Shown here one piece after another: positions 60,469 through 64,000 of a stretch of DNA of 64,000 nt (position 1 is its first letter; the number at the start of each line of letters is the position of its first letter). Location: positions 9,339,840-9,403,839 of the forward strand of contig BFEA01000003.1 in assembly GCA_003427395.1 (NCBI GenBank), written 5' to 3'. Source of the stretch: Chara braunii (taxonomy: Eukaryota; Plantae; Charophyceae). Both the position numbers and the translations under genes were made by a program. A model generated the notes under the pieces. It was not told the origin of the DNA and did no database searches. It saw only the letters and a program-made list of their open reading frames with translations.

Positions 60469-61974
60469 NNNNNNNNNNNNNNNNNNNNNNNNNNTTTTTT
60501 TCCGGAGAAACATCGCACTTTTCATTCCAAATGAGACAACCGGGGCCCGGGAACAGACCCCTACATATCAACCCGGTACAAACTTGCTGAGGCCGTTACT
60601 CAGCTTGGGCTCCTGGAAACCGGGTCCAGTGCCCCTTAGAGGAATCTCCAAAAAGGAAAAATTGCAAAGCAAATCTACATCAGTACAATATCATTGCTAC
60701 TCAGGGGGGCCACCGACATGTTTCTAAAATCGAAACACTATTGGCAAAGGAACTATGAGCTATAAACCGCAAATCTCGAGAATGCACGAGGAAATTCGCG
60801 AGAAGTTAACAAAACAACCCTAAAATTACTTCCAAGAGCGTGCTAAATTCTTAGGTACACGTGTTGCTTCCCACCAATAGATGGAGCTCCCCCCCAGGTG
60901 TTAGCAGTGTCTGCTCTTATCAGCACCGCTAACACTGACGGGGGTGTGTGTTTTTCCAAAAAATAAAAAAAAAATAAAAAAAAATCTTAGGTACGCATCA
61001 GCTTGAAGATTACGTCCAAGTGCGTGCTAAATTCTTCGATCGAGGTATTGAAACCGGGCACATTAATATTGTCGACAGAAAATGGATGATTGAAAACGGC
61101 CAAGAAATGGGCCACGTATAGAGAGACGAAGGGGATTCAAAGGAATTCAAGGAGAGGAAGAGGTGGATAACCGCGACCACAGAATATACGAATGGGGAAG
61201 ATGTAGGCCGGATTTTCCAGAATGGCACACGGTCAAGCGTAGGACACTCCCCACACCACTCAAGGCATGGGTGACCCTGTGTCGCTATTCCTGCTCTGGC
61301 GAACAACCACTCTTAGAAAGTGAGTCGTCACGGTGTCTCCAAACGTGGTCTTGCTGGGAAATGTTTTACCCTTTTGTGCCTGGGAAACATTCCCACCGCC
61401 ACTAGTGAGTCCCATTGGTCTTCAGGGTTTTGCGTACCCAGCTGAGGTCTCGTCCCTTCATCATGTTGATTCCCCAGATTCGACCTTTAGTACGTGGGTG
61501 CTGAAGATGTGAGCAGGAGTTCCCAGGATGACCACATGTCATCGAGCGTAGAACACTCCCCACACCAGTCAAGGCACGGGTGACCCTGCATCACTGTTTC
61601 CTGCGCTTGTAGAGCTACCCACTTTCAGAAAATAAACTTCCATGTGTTCCGGTAGGCAGAATGTCAAGCCCTTCCTAATAACAGCTAATATCGAAACACA
61701 AGTACCCAGTCTCAAATACCTAGAACAGCACTCGACAAGACTACGAGAATCTCTAAATTGCAACTGCGTTCGATACAGCACCGCAGGCACAAATCCCGAG
61801 TCAAGAGCATCTAAAACGTCGACAGAACCGGCACAATTCCTCCCACAGTGCCATAAGAAACCTACAAACAGGGGCCCAATGAATCGTAATAGCAGAGCAA
61901 GTACCAAGTACCCAGAACCAAAGGTCTAACCAGCACTGCTAGCAGAGCAAGAACCAAGTACCAAGACCCACATC

Positions 61975-62130
61975 TTTTTTTTTCTTTTTTTTTTTTTCTT
62001 TTTTTTTTTTGGAAGAAACACCCCTTCCAGTGATAGTGGTGCTGGTAAGGGCAGACACCACTAGCACCTCGGGAGAGGCTCCATCTATTGGTGGGGAGCA
62101 TCACCTACTGGAAAACGGGTCCAGTGTCCC
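61975..62130 (-). repeat. Dispersed poly(A)-tailed retroposon 3' end; copies at 3668-3815(-), 16700-16845(-), 18862-18952(-), 20540-20760(-), 57660-57785(+), 60600-60635(-, partial), 60860-60985(+)
   Basis: Conserved GGGAC.CTGGACCCG.TTTCCAGCAGGTG.TGCTCCCCACCAATAGATGGAGC, then a hairpin and usually poly(A). Confidence 0.8.
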
Positions 62131-63480
62131 ATACATCATATGAATTCGGAGTACGTCAGAAAAATGAGGAGTGAGAAATTCCTGCCAGCATTGATTGCCC
62201 TAGAAACTAGAGGATTGACTGAGCAGGAGGTTGGAAGAAGGAAGAAAACCTCTTCACCCTGAACCAGGCACCAGATATCTGTTGCAAAAACTAGTTCCTC
62301 CCTTCCCCCACCTGCCCCTTTTACCTCCCAGGCCCATTGTTATACGATCAGAGGCTGTAGTAAGCATCCTATTACATCAAAACAAGCTGGACTGCACATC
62401 AGAAGAAGAAAAGTGAGAAATCTACGCGAAGTGACTCGCAGAAAAAAAATCTCAATCCAACCACTAACGCGGGGACTATTACTAACCGTCTCAACAACCA
62501 CAAGAAACACACAAACCGCTCAGGGAGAGACGAGAAGCAGATCACATAGAAGACTTAAATCTGCCGTGGCGCTAAGTGAACTCCGCGATTGACTATCTGC
62601 ATACTTGGCTTTCACTCAAAATATGTCGAGTCTAAAAGCAACCTAATATGTAACCATTCACAGGTACTGTAGCCAAAAAGAATCAAATTAGGTGAGAAAA
62701 AGAAGGGATCACACACAGAAGATGAAGTAAATGCACATAGCATGTAAGGAAGACGGTCTGGCAGTTTCATTCGAGTACCTTGGCATTCTGAGGCAATCAC
62801 TCGACTAGATGTGCGCGCAAATGGCCTGCTGAATTACCGAAACTAACCTAAACTGTGCCTACGTGCAAACAAGACGTGCAGAAGAAGACTTACAAAATTA
62901 CTAAAGTTTAAAACATATCTGGATACATCACAACGCCATTCCTGCTAGTGCCGTGACGCAGGGCGCTTTATTCCCTCCTGTCAGACTGCGTTGTGTTGTA
63001 GATAGGTCAAACGAGACTTGCTGAAGCCCTTGGACATGTCGAAGTGCTGCCACCGCAGCCGCACGCTCTCCCACTGCATTCAGATGCGCCGCTCCGCCTT
63101 CCATGCTTTTCCTAGTGATCGAGGCAGTAGAGATGGCTTGTCATGAAAGTACAGCACACGGCCTTTGGATGGTGAGAAAGGAGCCCCACCTTTCCAGCAA
63201 AAGGCTTGAGGGGAGGATGACTCCTCTGGTGTCGAGATCCTGTTAGGTATGAAGGTTGATATGGAGGTCAGGTGCGGAGCTGCCAGGATGCCTTGGCGTA
63301 AGAGTGCAAAGGCACTCCCTAACCCACTCAAGGGCTAGGCTACACCAGGGCACTGTCGCCGTAGCTCTCACACAGACGTTGCGTCCTACTCAGCCGCAGC
63401 CGACGACCGGGCGCCGCCACCGCCGCTATCGTCGCTTCATCGTTAGCGCACGTTTTTCACGCTGCCCCCCTGTCACTGTT
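62130..63480 (-). mobile_element. Degenerate LINE ORF2 C-terminal remnant upstream of the shared 3' tail
   Basis: Fragments such as FSPNLILFGY..WLHIRLLL, contiguous with the tail at 61975-62130. Confidence 0.35.
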
Positions 63481-64000
63481 CTCTCTTCCTTTATATCATT
63501 TTGGCCCGGCCAGGCAAGTGTGTGACGAACCAATTTCTGGTCCGCGCGATTTTCTGCGCGATGACAATGAGGGGTCCTAAGATGAGAAGGTTGGGCCAAT
63601 TACGGGAGATCGGGATCGAAGGGAAATTGCATTAGTGTCCTCGCTTTTTCGTCTTTTCTCTTTCGTCGCTTCTTTTTGGATGGCTGGGTTTAGGGCCGGG
63701 CAAGTTCCGAGAGGGCCGATTGACTGGCTGTCGCGTCGACAAAGGCGCGAGTAATAATGTTTGACATCGATTCTTTCTTGTTCTGCTCTCGGGTTTTAGG
63801 CGCGGAGGTCGCGCGGGAATTTTGCTTCGTTCTTTTTAAATTTCTTTTTCAAATCTTGTCGAACCTCGATGGCTCGCAGAACTTTGGATTTTCTTTTCGG
63901 AATTTGTGCTTCTTTTTGCATTAGCTAGGAATTTAGGAATTTAGGAATTTAGGAATTTGGGATTTCTTTTGTCGCGCGTCGTCCTTCTTGCGCGCTTCTT

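Noticed and set aside
63925-63962. Telomere (TTTAGGAA)n
   Set aside because: Only about four units, internal, and not the canonical TTTAGGG.

Overview
Eukaryotic, repeat-rich draft-assembly window with many N gaps, (GA)n/(CA)n microsatellites and CpG-decayed transposons. The style resembles a streptophyte alga such as Chara, which is an inference and not provable here. Two intact, intronless host genes are present: an ALKBH1-family 2OG-Fe(II) dioxygenase (9953-11701 +) and a RidA/YjgF imine deaminase with a transit-peptide-like N-terminus (52359-53129 +). The rest is mostly mobile DNA: a complete but pseudogenised DUF659-type hAT transposon with a perfect 8-bp TSD (23154-30582), hAT, Harbinger, Tc1/pogo-like and TTAA-type MITEs, L1-like remnants, tRNA-derived SINEs sharing a 3' tail with them, and mitochondrial SSU and nuclear LSU rRNA debris. 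One Nextera adapter artefact is also present. The most notable object is a decayed Penelope-like retroelement (44537-48799). Its reconstructed single ORF reads RT-thumb-linker-Josephin deubiquitinase-like domain-linker-two RING-like Cys/His fingers. Its 3' UTR holds a ~130-140 nt structured RNA whose helices covary with those of a divergent second copy at 6285-7340. All alignments and RNA folds were done by eye and need computational confirmation.
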